Below, one piece after another: positions 29,289 through 38,458 of a stretch of DNA of 64,000 nucleotides. Position numbers and translations under genes: made by a program. The stretch comes from Candidatus Sungiibacteriota bacterium (GTDB lineage: Bacteria; Patescibacteriota; Minisyncoccia; Sungbacterales; JACQCQ01): positions 65,991 through 129,990 of the forward strand of contig JACQCQ010000009.1 in the NCBI GenBank assembly GCA_016201505.1. Direction: 5' to 3'. A model generated the notes under the pieces. That model saw only the letters and a list, made by a program, of their open reading frames with translations, was not told where the DNA came from and did not search any database. The stretch's first letter is position 1; each line of letters begins with the position of its first letter.

Positions 29289-29795
29289 ATGGCGCAGCGC
29301 ACCAAACAGCAGAGCGAAATCTATCTGCGCAACTTTATTTTCGGCGTTGAAGACAGTCTCGTCTCAACCGTGGGGTTGCTCGCCGGGGTGGCGGAGGCGG
29401 GCAGTTCGCGCGGCGTGATTTTAGTTACGGGTATGGTCTATATAGTCGTCGAGGCCTTTTCGATGGCGGTCGGCAGTTTTTTATCCGAGCATTCGATCGA
29501 GGAGTATGAAGGCGATGCAAAATCGGTTTCGCGTTCGATTATCGGGGCTTCTACTATGTTTCTCTCTTTTGTCATCGCCGGGCTTATTCCGCTGTTTCCC
29601 TATCTCGTGCTTTCACTACAGACTGGATTTTTCCTTTCCATCATCGTCTCGCTTCTGGCGCTGCTTTTGCTCGGCATCCTGAATGCTCAATTTTCAAACA
29701 AATCCTGGATCTATAAATCAATTGAAATGGTCGTCATTGGCGGCGCGGCGATTGCGATTGGCCTAGTTGCGGGTAAACTTTTCCGTATTGCTTAA
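29289..29795 (+). CDS. VIT1/CCC1-family Fe/Mn transporter
   Basis: FIFGVEDSLVSTVGLLAGVAEAG and C-terminal TM bundle. Confidence 0.85.
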   Translation: MAQRTKQQSEIYLRNFIFGVEDSLVSTVGLLAGVAEAGSSRGVILVTGMVYIVVEAFSMAVGSFLSEHSIEEYEGDAKSVSRSIIGASTMFLSFVIAGLIPLFPYLVLSLQTGFFLSIIVSLLALLLLGILNAQFSNKSWIYKSIEMVVIGGAAIAIGLVAGKLFRIA

Positions 29796-29804
29796 ACAAC
29801 GGGT

Positions 29805-30002
29805 ATGGGGAAAATTTTGATCACCTTAATGCTCGCGGTCATCCTGGTTGCGGTCGTCGTCAATTTTGAGTATATTCATCCAAACGCGCTCGGCGATTTA
29901 AGAAATCAAGTTACCCAGTGCCATCTGCAGCAGTGTTTTTTGTTGGGCGGAATTATTTTCTTCCTGGTCTTTATTATTTTGTTTTCGATTATTTTCGATT
30001 AG
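29805..30002 (+). CDS. Small 2-TM membrane protein
   Basis: 65 aa, hydrophobic. Confidence 0.35.
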   Translation: MGKILITLMLAVILVAVVVNFEYIHPNALGDLRNQVTQCHLQQCFLLGGIIFFLVFIILFSIIFD

Positions 30003-30006
30003 TAGT

Positions 30007-30125
30007 CGCGAATATACCTGCCCGCCATCAGCCTGTCGTACGGAGTAGACAATCATTCGAGAGTATAGAGTGCTTCACGAAAAAGATTGCACCTCGCGGC
30101 ACAGGCATCTGGCAGGCGGGCGAAT
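30007..30125. repeat. 119-bp inverted repeat, left copy (partner 31076-31194)
   Basis: Reverse complement matches the partner with 4 mismatches in 119. Confidence 0.85.
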
Positions 30126-30186
30126 GGTCGCAAAATATACGAATACGTGAAGTCATCCGAGGGAAGAGTTTTTTTATGTGAGCCGA

Positions 30187-31050
30187 TTATGGGCTGACTT
30201 CCTGGAATCCCGGAACTTTTAAGACGGTGATAAGGCTCACATTACTTGTTAAGCCATTGTAGGCCGCGGTAATATTTGCCGCTCCCACACTTGATGAAAC
30301 TGCGGTAACCAACCCTTTGCCGGCGCCATTATTTACCGTCGCTGCGGCGGTATTGTCAGAAGACCAATTGGCCGAAGCCGTTACATCCGAAGGCCCCGCG
30401 CCCCCCGGTCCATCGGGGTCATAGGTGGCGGTAAGCTGTACCGTCTGGGTGGGGTTTAAGGATTTACTAATTGGCGAAATAGTCAGCGTTGCCGTGTTGA
30501 TGACGACCGTATCGCCCGTGGTGCCTCCCGGGCCGGTACAAGAGAGCGTGTAGGATTGTGAAGCAGTTATATTGCCGGTCGACTGGCCGGGATTGGATGT
30601 GCCGGTCCAGCCGCCGGGAGAGACGGTGCAACTTGTTGCGTGAGCCGAAGTCCAGGAGAGCGTGGCCGCAGTATTATAGGTGATCACAATCGGCCCATCC
30701 GCGCCGTTCGCCTTAATGTCGGGTGTTGGCAAGGTACAATCCGGTGTGGTTATCGTCTGCGTATCGTCAATCGTATGGCCGCTGCCGGTGATATAGACCC
30801 AGATGCCGTAGTTGGTAAGCGAAAGGGGTACCGCTCCCGGCCCCCAGTCGACCGAGGTGGCTGAACAGGGTATGCCAGACCCGCAGGCGGGAGTAAAGAT
30901 GGCAGCCCCAGTCGCGTCAGTCCAGCGGGAGGGGGAGTATTGGCTGATGGCCGCGGCACTCGAATGTCCGTTTGAAAAAAATAAAACACCGCCCGCAGCT
31001 ATCAGGCCGAAGGCGAGTATCGAGATTGCGGCGACTTTAGTGCGCGACAT
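30187..31050 (-). CDS. Secreted surface protein with a C-terminal bacterial Ig-like (Big_2-like) domain
   Basis: Signal/TM MSRTKVAAISILAFGLIAAGGVLFF. Thr/Ser/Gly-rich. The ORF-track N-terminal extension to 31113 is translation of the inverted repeat. Confidence 0.7.
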   Translation of the reverse strand: MSRTKVAAISILAFGLIAAGGVLFFSNGHSSAAAISQYSPSRWTDATGAAIFTPACGSGIPCSATSVDWGPGAVPLSLTNYGIWVYITGSGHTIDDTQTITTPDCTLPTPDIKANGADGPIVITYNTAATLSWTSAHATSCTVSPGGWTGTSNPGQSTGNITASQSYTLSCTGPGGTTGDTVVINTATLTISPISKSLNPTQTVQLTATYDPDGPGGAGPSDVTASANWSSDNTAAATVNNGAGKGLVTAVSSSVGAANITAAYNGLTSNVSLITVLKVPGFQEVSP

Positions 31051-31075
31051 ATCTTCTTCGTCTATTTGGGGAGGA

Positions 31076-31194
31076 TTTGCCCGCCCGCCAGATGCCCGTG
31101 CCGCGAGGTGCAATCTTTTTCGTGAAGCACTCTATACTCTCGAATGATTGTCTACTGCGTACGACAGGCTGATGGCGGGCAGGTATATTCGCGA
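31076..31194. repeat. 119-bp inverted repeat, right copy
   Basis: See 30007-30125. Confidence 0.85.
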
Positions 31195-31198
31195 TTAC

Positions 31199-31958
31199 TT
31201 ACTCAACGGGCGGCACTTCGTGGAAATTATTTACCGGCTGGTTTACCTGAACATGCGCCGAGCCCGAGCCGTTGTTTCCGGTTACGGTGCAGTCTTGGGA
31301 AACTGTCGGGGCCAACGTCACCTGACCGTTTATAGATCCGTTGCCGAGGTCTCCCGTACAGCTGTAGATTCCCTGGCCGCATGCGGGGCATGAAAGGACC
31401 GTTGTCTGGCCTCTTGTAATGGTTGGGGGGGTAAACGAGACCGGGGCATTCCCGGGCGGCGTGCCTGGCGGTGGTGTCCCGGGCGGCGGCGGGGGGGGCG
31501 TCCCCGCGCTGCAATCCGGTGTGGTTATCGTCTGCGTATCGTCAATCGTATGGCCGCTGCCGGTGATATAGACCCAGATGCCGTAGTTGGTAAGCGAAAG
31601 GGGTACCGCTCCCGGCCCCCAGTCGACCGAGGTGGCTGAACAGGGTATGCCAGCTGTAGGAGTCACACGTGGCAGCTGACGTATCAGTCCAGTTGATGGT
31701 GATGATGGGTTGGCCATTTGAGCATGAAGTGGTGAGGGCGGAAGACCCGCAGGCGGGAGTAAAGATGGCAGCCCCAGTCGCGTCAGTCCAGCGGGAGGGG
31801 GATTTAAGGGCGCTTGCAGTTGAATGGTTGGAAAACGCCAAAACTCCGCCAGCGACAGAAAAGGCGGCAGCTATGATGAGCAGTGAAATTAATCGAGAGC
31901 GCGGCATTGATTCCATTATACCCGGTAATGAAACTTCGACAATAAAAAATGCCCACAT
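31199..31958 (-). pseudogene. Tandem paralogue of 30187-31050, mosaic and frameshifted
   Basis: Two blocks of roughly 150 and 60 bp are identical to the downstream gene (…IPCSATSVDWGPGAVPLSLTNYGIWVYITGSGHTIDDTQTITTPDC…). A 91-bp insertion breaks the frame and is unique to this copy. N- and C-termini are unique (PPPPPPGTPPPGTPPG). Confidence 0.55.
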
Positions 31959-32107
31959 GGCAGAGATTTATCCCTATCCACCTTTTTTGTTCTGTATTGA
32001 ATTGCATAGGAGGCAATGCGCGGTGCAGCAGTCGAAGTTCTACTAACCGGGTTATAGGCCGCTTATCTCTAATTTACTTTTCTTTTATCCACACAAGATT
32101 ATTCATC

Positions 32108-32147
32108 CCGCACCAAAAAGTTCCCGTGCGGGAACTTTTTGGTGCGG
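32108..32147. terminator. 40-bp palindrome / bidirectional terminator
   Basis: ccgcaccaaaaagttcccg-tg-cgggaactttttggtgcgg. Confidence 0.6.
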
Positions 32148-32348
32148 CTATTTCATCGCAAGCAGATCTCGTAAATCTTTTACGTCACTCTCCAAGCGCT
32201 CAATGCGGCGTTTATGGTCAGCCAGGATTAGTTTCTCAATGCGATCAAACCGTTTATGAACATCTTCAAATTGCCGATCAATATCATTAAAACCACGCTG
32301 GACCATGCTCGCGAGCCCTTCTATCGTCACTTTCTTTTTGGTAGCCAT
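32148..32348 (-). CDS. Small coiled-coil protein (homologue of 60259-60531)
   Basis: MATKKKVTIEGLASMVQRGFNDIDR...RLESDVKDLRDLL compared with MAKKKRTKPMSLENVARMTQAGFLGVGRRIDT...LERDVEDLKSRL. Confidence 0.45.
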   Translation of the reverse strand: MATKKKVTIEGLASMVQRGFNDIDRQFEDVHKRFDRIEKLILADHKRRIERLESDVKDLRDLLAMK

Positions 32349-32394
32349 GTTTAGTATGTTAAAGGTATCAAGTCTAACGAATCTGTCAAAATTC

Positions 32395-33177
32395 TCACCT
32401 GAATGCTTCACTCCTCCGCAAATTTTCTTTGATAGCCGCTTTAAATTGATCGAGCCCCTGGGCCGCATCATCTTTTTGATTCCCCGGGTAGGCTTTATAC
32501 CAATCTTGGAGCGAAAGGTGATGGGCTAAATTCAGTGCTGATTCAAATGAATTTTGGGCGTCTTTTTCGCCTAAGTTTAACTCTGCCACCCCGAGCGCGT
32601 TCCAAAGCCAGGGATTGGTATCGGCGTTTGGAATCTTTCGCATCGCGAGCCGTATGGTTTCTTTGGCTTCTTTAAACTTCCCGTCTTTGGAATAGACCCA
32701 GGCCAAATCATTGTATCCCGCCCATTCAGACGGTGCCCACTCAGTAAATCTTCTAAAATTGTCTTCAGCTTTCACTAAGTCGCCCTGTGTCCCGTAAATT
32801 AATCCCCGCACGTAGAGTGTGCGTAAATTTCCGGGATTGGCTCCGAGCTCTTTCGCAGTTTCACTAATCGCCTGATCGAATTTTCCCTCAATAAAATAAA
32901 TCCGCGCCAATTGATAGTGCCCCCAAAAAATACGGGGATCAATTGTCACTGCTTTCCGGTAGGCTTTCTCGGCAATGTCTAAGTTGTATGCACCGCCGTT
33001 GAAATAATACGCCCCAATGCCCGAGGCCAACTTCGCGTCCGTTTGGTCGAGTGTAACGGCAACCTCTCCCCAGCGATGTCCCCACAGAACCCGCGCCAGA
33101 GCCGTAGCTTGCCAATATAAAATCAGCGCACTAAAAAATAAAAAAGCAATGATGTATTGCCCTGTGTTTCTATACAT
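32395..33177 (-). CDS. Membrane-anchored TPR-repeat protein
   Basis: N-terminal TM then TPR motifs (AEKAYRKAVTIDPRIFWGHYQLARIYFIEGKFDQA...). Confidence 0.8.
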   Translation of the reverse strand: MYRNTGQYIIAFLFFSALILYWQATALARVLWGHRWGEVAVTLDQTDAKLASGIGAYYFNGGAYNLDIAEKAYRKAVTIDPRIFWGHYQLARIYFIEGKFDQAISETAKELGANPGNLRTLYVRGLIYGTQGDLVKAEDNFRRFTEWAPSEWAGYNDLAWVYSKDGKFKEAKETIRLAMRKIPNADTNPWLWNALGVAELNLGEKDAQNSFESALNLAHHLSLQDWYKAYPGNQKDDAAQGLDQFKAAIKENLRRSEAFR

Positions 33178-33213
33178 AAGTATCTTTGCGTTGAAGAACA
33201 CAGTAATAGGGGA

Positions 33214-33555
33214 TTACAGTCTGTCTCTCAACATCATAGGAAAACAGTAGCGCTGAATAATCAGCGAACAGTAGCAAAAATTAAGACCCCCATAACATTT
33301 CGGACACTCCCAATGTTCGGCGTACGCATAGGGTTTCGGGTCCTTTTTCAGAACATCAACAACCATATCGCCTATGTGACATTTTACAACACCGGTTCGA
33401 TGGGCAATGTCCAGTTCCTTCTTTCGGAAAAGCGGAATTTTGCCGAAATAGTGGCCCCCTCGATATCTGCCGCCCTTATACTGTGTGAGCCAGATATCCC
33501 TCGTACATATTGAGCATTTCTTTATAGATCGTTTCTTGATTTCTTTATATGCCAT
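33214..33555 (-). CDS. Hypothetical Cys-rich protein (zinc-ribbon-like)
   Basis: CSICTRD...CPKCYGG. Its fragment is duplicated at 34838-35035. Confidence 0.45.
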   Translation of the reverse strand: MAYKEIKKRSIKKCSICTRDIWLTQYKGGRYRGGHYFGKIPLFRKKELDIAHRTGVVKCHIGDMVVDVLKKDPKPYAYAEHWECPKCYGGLNFCYCSLIIQRYCFPMMLRDRL

Positions 33556-33634
33556 AAATTAAGATAACGCGTTGCAATTTCGACTAGAGCGTGCCACTTT
33601 AATCTGGGTGCTTCCAAAACGAAGAATGTTAAAT

Positions 33635-33862
33635 TCACAAATAATTCGAAAACTGTTCGGGAGTAAACTCTATTTCGCGTAAAATCTGACGCAATAATCC
33701 GCGGCCTATGTCCTCGCCTCCGTGTTTCGGCACAAGCGTCGTTCTCCCGTCCGGATGCTGAAAGAAAATGTGTGAACCGCTCTGACGCACTTTCGTAAAG
33801 CCGATGGAATATAAAACGCGCATGAGATCGCGCGCCTTCAGCATCCGCACCTTTTTGCTCAT
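33635..33862 (-). CDS. hicA: HicA mRNA-interferase toxin
   Basis: LMRVLYSIGFTKVRQSGSHIFFQHPDGRTTLVPKHGGEDIGRGLLRQIL. Confidence 0.85.
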   Translation of the reverse strand: MSKKVRMLKARDLMRVLYSIGFTKVRQSGSHIFFQHPDGRTTLVPKHGGEDIGRGLLRQILREIEFTPEQFSNYL

Positions 33863-33869
33863 GATCTAT

Positions 33870-34124
33870 CTATATGGTAACCACCTCCATTCCCACGAAC
33901 GCCGGTTCATACGCGAACCATTTAATTCTCTTCCGGTACAACGGATTTATTCTTGTGACCTCGAGTGAGAGACGAATCGCGTCGCGGACTCGTTCTCGGA
34001 GCTCATTCATTGTTTTTGCCTGGGTTGAACATCCCGGCAATGCAGGAACCGACGCAACAAAATAGCCGTCTTCGTCGTGCTCGACTACAACTTTAAATTG
34101 ATTTTGCGAGAATCTCTTATTCAT
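33870..34124 (-). CDS. hicB: HicB antitoxin
   Basis: VVVEHDEDGYFVASVPALPGCSTQAKTMNELRERVRDAI. Confidence 0.85.
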   Translation of the reverse strand: MNKRFSQNQFKVVVEHDEDGYFVASVPALPGCSTQAKTMNELRERVRDAIRLSLEVTRINPLYRKRIKWFAYEPAFVGMEVVTI

Positions 34125-34231
34125 AAAACCCGAAGATAGATATTATACAATCTACCGTATTAATGGTCAGAAATCAATCATCCGGCATCATCCAATATCA
34201 ATACTCTAATCTTTCTATAAAGTCTTTTACC

Positions 34232-34330
34232 CCTCACGCCAGAAAGCTCCGTTTGTAAAGACGGAGACGAATAGCTAAAAAACGCGAAGTAGAGGCCAGA
34301 AAGCCATGAGTGTACACCCGTAGTGTGGGA
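34232..34330. repeat. Second copy of the approximately 95-bp repeat
   Basis: See 20228-20325. Confidence 0.5.
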
Positions 34331-34357
34331 GTTTACGAGAATTTGCGCCCCAGCATT

Positions 34358-34645
34358 TCAACCCAAATAAATCCGTGCCAGCTGATAATGCCCCCACAAA
34401 ATCTTCGGATCAATCGCCACCGCTTTTTTGTAGCCTTTTTCTGCGAGATTTAAATCATACGCCCCGCCGTTGAAGTAATAGCCGCCAATTTGAGAGGCAA
34501 GTTTAGCGTCTTTTCTATCAAGCATTATGGCAATTTGTCCCCACCGATGATGCTCCCAGGCTATTTCAGCGAGTGTAGTGCCTACAGAATACAAAATCAA
34601 CGCACAAAAAAACAAAACAGCAACAATAGCGTGCCAAGATTTCAT
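34358..34645 (-). pseudogene. Truncated paralogue (N-terminal 95 aa) of the TPR gene 32395-33177
   Basis: MKSWHAIVAVLFFCALILYSVGTTLAEIAWEHHRWGQIAIMLDRKDAKLASQIGGYYFNGGAYDLNLAEKGYKKAV aligns residue by residue. Confidence 0.5.
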
Positions 34646-34746
34646 CCCGTTAGAGAATTAACGAGTAACTTTATGGCAAGTTTAATGTCTCTATGTGTCG
34701 TGAGCCTCATTTTGAAATACAGCCCCGATTAATTCTCTAACGGGAT
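34644..34746. repeat. MITE-like element with ATCCCGTTAGAGAATTA TIRs (perfect 17-bp)
   Basis: atcccgttagagaatta ... taattctctaacgggat. The start codon of the truncated TPR paralogue lies in the TIR. Confidence 0.6.
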
Positions 34747-34837
34747 TCATCCATTCACGATCGCGTCTGCCTGCTCGCCTCGCTGGAGCTTTGGCGAAGC
34801 GGGCTGGCAGAGCTTCTAATTGGTATTCATAAAAAAA

Positions 34838-35035
34838 TTAAGATCCCCAATAACAAACGGGGTATTCCCAATACTCGACGTACGCATAGGGTTTCGGATC
34901 CTTTTCCAGAACGTCAATAATCATAGTGTCTAGGCGGCGTTTGATCGCGCCGGCACGATGGACAATGTCCAATTCCTTCTTTCGGAAAAGCGGAATCTTG
35001 CCGAAATAGTGACCCCACGGTATCTGCCATCGCAA
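34838..35035 (-). pseudogene. Fragment paralogous to 33214-33555
   Basis: HYFGKIPLFRKKELDIVHRAGAIKRRLDTMIIDVLEKDPKPYAY compared with the full copy. Confidence 0.4.
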
Positions 35036-35134
35036 TACTTACTGTATGAGCTGGATATCCCCCGTGCATATTGAGCATTTCTTAACAGATCGCTTCTTGA
35101 TTTCTCTTCTCACCATAAAGAAGATGATACTGAC

Positions 35135-35395
35135 TCAAGAATACAAGTTACTATGCTTATCGATAATGGTAAACTCAACAGTAGTCTCATCGAGAGTTTT
35201 ATAGAAAGCACGGAAATCGCCAGTGACATTGATACTGCGGAAATCCCGCCACTCACCATGGAGAGCATGATTGTTGAGTGTCGGGTTAAAGGGATCAGCC
35301 ATAAATAGCCGAAGCCTTTTCTTGAATTTGTTTCTTACCGATACCGGAAGTTTTTGATAGTTTTTATCAAAATTCTTATGAAAGAGAACTTTCAT
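35135..35395 (-). CDS. RelE/YafQ-type toxin
   Basis: FDKNYQKLPVSVRNKFKKRLRLFMADPFNP...GDFRAFYK. Confidence 0.8.
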   Translation of the reverse strand: MKVLFHKNFDKNYQKLPVSVRNKFKKRLRLFMADPFNPTLNNHALHGEWRDFRSINVTGDFRAFYKTLDETTVEFTIIDKHSNLYS

Positions 35396-35667
35396 AGTCG
35401 ATCAAGGTACTGAAGTGCTTCTTTATGGGTGAACGGCCCACGAGCATTCTTCCTGCCCCTGATGTCTTTTATAATTTGCATAAGCAGTTTCTGGGTGCGT
35501 CTGTTCGGTACCGGAGGCGCTGAAAAAATAACCCGCTTTTCCCGTATGAATTCCTTAAGATAGGCGTTAATAATGGTTCCCAACGGAAGTCCAAGCTCCC
35601 GTGCCGCCAGCTGCGCTTCTTCCTTAAGCTTTTTGTCGGTTTTTATATTCAGCAGTATTTTTTCCAT
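35392..35667 (-). CDS. RelB/DinJ-type antitoxin
   Basis: LLNIKTDKKLKEEAQLAARELGLPLGTIINAYLKEFI. Overlaps the toxin by 4 nt. Confidence 0.8.
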   Translation of the reverse strand: MEKILLNIKTDKKLKEEAQLAARELGLPLGTIINAYLKEFIREKRVIFSAPPVPNRRTQKLLMQIIKDIRGRKNARGPFTHKEALQYLDRL

Positions 35668-35816
35668 ATATCCATAATATATACTTTGGTTGTATTTCCC
35701 GTCAATGGTATAGACTGAACCAAATTCAAATTCACGCGGCTTCGGCGAGTGTCGTGCGTAGAGAATACGAAACTGATGCGCCGAAAAATAAAATCACAGT
35801 AAGTAACTGCCAGATC

Positions 35817-36104
35817 TTAGGCATAGGTGTCCTCTCTCCTGAGTCCGCAGTAGTGGAAACTCACTCCACGGTCTTTAATATCATAGCGAAAACGAAGACG
35901 TCCCAAAGACAGCCTCCACCGTCCTTCGCCCTGGGGGATATCGATAAGTTTTTTGATCGCGTAATGATGTGTTTGGTTATACGGATCAGTCTCAAGGATG
36001 CCGATTGCACGAACGTAGATGCCTTTTACCTCCGGGTTACGCTTTATAAGCGCACGAAGCAGGCGCTCAAAATGAGGGGTAGCGGAAACTAAAAAAGACG
36101 GCAT
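35817..36104 (-). CDS. RelE/ParE-family toxin
   Basis: RWRLSLGRLRFRYDIKDRGVSFHYCGLRR. Confidence 0.8.
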   Translation of the reverse strand: MPSFLVSATPHFERLLRALIKRNPEVKGIYVRAIGILETDPYNQTHHYAIKKLIDIPQGEGRWRLSLGRLRFRYDIKDRGVSFHYCGLRREDTYA

Positions 36105-36110
36105 GGGTCC

Positions 36111-36392
36111 TTACCGTTTGATCTTTCTTTCTAGAGAAGGAGAAAGCTCTGCCAAAATTGCCCGAGCCGGACGAGCTTTGCCCGCCAGATATTCTTTTCG
36201 GCTCACTTCAATGTGAGCTTTCACTTTGGGATCTCGTAGCTCGAGATAATCCTCAAACTCGTCAATATCCATAACACCGGCAACAGGGATACCATCCTTT
36301 TCTAAAATTATATATTCCTTGTTTAGATGTACCCGCTTGATAATAGCTCCAAGATTAATCCGGGCTTTTGTAAGTGGGAGACGCTGCACCAT
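36111..36392 (-). CDS. Phd/YefM-family antitoxin
   Basis: LPLTKARINLGAIIKRVHLNKEYIILEKDGIPVAGVMDIDEFEDYLEL. Confidence 0.8.
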   Translation of the reverse strand: MVQRLPLTKARINLGAIIKRVHLNKEYIILEKDGIPVAGVMDIDEFEDYLELRDPKVKAHIEVSRKEYLAGKARPARAILAELSPSLERKIKR

Positions 36393-36564
36393 ACCAATTG
36401 ATTAAGATTGATTAATGCTAGCAATTATACATTATCGACTGGACGAGATTCAAATTCCTGCGGCTTCAGTGAGTGTGGTACTTTGCCAATACAAAAAGTA
36501 GCCGACTATAACCAAGAATAGGATGAGATATGAGATTATTCTTTTCTGCACAGGCAAGTTTCTC

Positions 36565-37293
36565 CTAGTGCCCAATTGCTAGTGTATAAATTAGTGATTC
36601 GTTAACCCCATCAATATTAAGAAGCCTTTCTAGGCTCTCATCTCTTGTGCCCACTAAGGCACAACACTTTAACCCAAGTACATTCGTGGTCAAATATACG
36701 TTTTGACCAATGTGTCCGCTCTCAATAAATATATAGCGATAACCCCTTTCCCCATATTTATTTTGTGTTCTCCAGAAAACCGCGCTCATTAACAAGACCA
36801 CACTGGCATTTTTTACCCACGGATATGTGAAATACGAGTCAATTTCAGCATCAGTAAATTCTCGTTGTTCTAGTATGTCGAGTTGGTGTGTTTTTACATT
36901 ATAGTGATATAGACCAGCGATAATATCTTTACTCGGGCGAAAGATCAGAGGATATATCTCAATAGGGAATCTTCCACCTGCAGATGGTTGTGCCCGAAGT
37001 GGTTGGTTGTCCCTAATGCCATTTTCTCCACAGGAATGCTTAAGTAATACTGAAAGCTCATGAAGCATAATTGGCTCTCGATTAAAATCACGGCGTGATC
37101 TTCTTTGTTTTATCAGATCGAAAAAGTCTGCCCTAAGAGAAATGTTTGCAAGGTCGATTTTAGGTAAGCGGGGGTATGATTTATAGTATATTGTTTTCCA
37201 TTCATCGGGCCATTCTTCAAAAGGAATTGGTGGGTGGCCTTTGGCATGATCTTTTGATGATGAATGGAAGAGGCGAGAAAAATCCGAATTCAT
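36565..37293 (-). CDS. SagB/ThcOx-type dehydrogenase (nitroreductase superfamily)
   Basis: PSAGGRFPIEIYPLIF...GLYHYNVKTHQLD...ESGHIGQNVYL is characteristic of SagB-type FMN dehydrogenases. Confidence 0.7.
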   Translation of the reverse strand: MNSDFSRLFHSSSKDHAKGHPPIPFEEWPDEWKTIYYKSYPRLPKIDLANISLRADFFDLIKQRRSRRDFNREPIMLHELSVLLKHSCGENGIRDNQPLRAQPSAGGRFPIEIYPLIFRPSKDIIAGLYHYNVKTHQLDILEQREFTDAEIDSYFTYPWVKNASVVLLMSAVFWRTQNKYGERGYRYIFIESGHIGQNVYLTTNVLGLKCCALVGTRDESLERLLNIDGVNESLIYTLAIGH

Positions 37294-37467
37294 ATCAACA
37301 CATTATATCTCAACGCATATTGGTTCCAAAACATTAGAGCTTGCTGTCCCCCTCTCAAGCACTTGACAAATTCATTTGCAGGATGTATATAAATAATACA
37401 GGAACTTAATAGGTTATTTGGTCCTTATACCAAGTCGCTCTAATCCTCGAGACTGGAGAACAGAGCA

Positions 37468-37740
37468 ATGATAAAGATACTGTTCTTGGTGCTCTCAATC
37501 TCGGCAGTGGTAGGAGGCGAAGTCTTCGGTCAGGAGACAGGACGTGTTGCTAGCCCGATCGTCGCCACAAGGTCAGATCTTGCGACAGAAAGGGCTATCA
37601 GTGAGGGTCTCAATGCAATCTGCCACGATCGGGGCAGAGGATTTCATTGGGATGGAGAAAAGTGCAACCCTATCAGCGAGGATGCGAGAAAGATCATGAG
37701 AGGGGATATCGAACACCTCAACCAGCCGCCGCTCTTCTAG
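37468..37740 (+). CDS. Small secreted protein (GC-richer segment)
   Basis: Signal peptide MIKILFLVLSISAVVGG, two Cys. Confidence 0.45.
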   Translation: MIKILFLVLSISAVVGGEVFGQETGRVASPIVATRSDLATERAISEGLNAICHDRGRGFHWDGEKCNPISEDARKIMRGDIEHLNQPPLF

Positions 37741-37775
37741 AATGTGACGTGGACCCCGGAAGGAGTAGAGTTCCT

Positions 37776-38393
37776 ATGAGACAAACTCTGTCGCCGGCGA
37801 TTTTCTTAGCCGCCGCCGTACTTCTGACGTCGGCTCCTACGGCCGTTGCGCAATCAGAGGCGCCCCCACCCAATGTGAAAGTTGTCCCATCTCCCAGTCC
37901 AAATCCGGGGAGTTGGTGGCTTCTGGAAACCCCAAGTGGGAGCCTCAAGATCGAGCTTTTGTCGGTTGACGCGAGTAAGTTCGTAGCACGAGTAGGAGAA
38001 CGGCAGGTTCCCTATACTAGGGAATGGAACATGCTGGTGGGCGTCGGAAGAACTGGCGCACCAGTGGACTACAATCCTCACTTGCGTTCGCTTTCCTTTC
38101 CTCTGTGGGAGGGAAAGCGCTGGGGCGGAGTCGTCTGGTGGACAGCTGGACCCGAAAGCGGTTCGTTCTCTGTCAACGCGCAGGCGAAGAAGTGGGAGCG
38201 GATTGGGGTCTTGGCAGGGACGTTCGAAGCGCTGCGTGTCGAGACCACTACTTCAGGGGCACAGCTCAATTTCTGGCTGAAATGCTGGTACGTGCCTGAA
38301 GTTCAGCGCTTCATCAAGTGCGATTCCAACAACGCCAGGTTGCAGTTCGAGCTCTCGCAATACGGCCTTGTTGGTTCAACCGCAAGTCAGTAA
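37776..38393 (+). CDS. Secreted hypothetical protein (GC-richer segment)
   Basis: MRQTLSPAIFLAAAVLLTSAPTAVAQS signal peptide. The ORF track starts earlier, at 37647. Confidence 0.5.
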   Translation: MRQTLSPAIFLAAAVLLTSAPTAVAQSEAPPPNVKVVPSPSPNPGSWWLLETPSGSLKIELLSVDASKFVARVGERQVPYTREWNMLVGVGRTGAPVDYNPHLRSLSFPLWEGKRWGGVVWWTAGPESGSFSVNAQAKKWERIGVLAGTFEALRVETTTSGAQLNFWLKCWYVPEVQRFIKCDSNNARLQFELSQYGLVGSTASQ

Positions 38394-38458
38394 GTCAGGG
38401 AACCATTGATGTAAAGACCAACGGTCCGAGGCATAACCTTGGACTGTTTTATTTGATC

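Noticed and set aside
31051-31113. N-terminal extension MHLAARASGG... of the Ig-like surface protein
   Set aside because: It is simply the translation of the 119-bp inverted repeat. The signal peptide begins at the Met at 31050.
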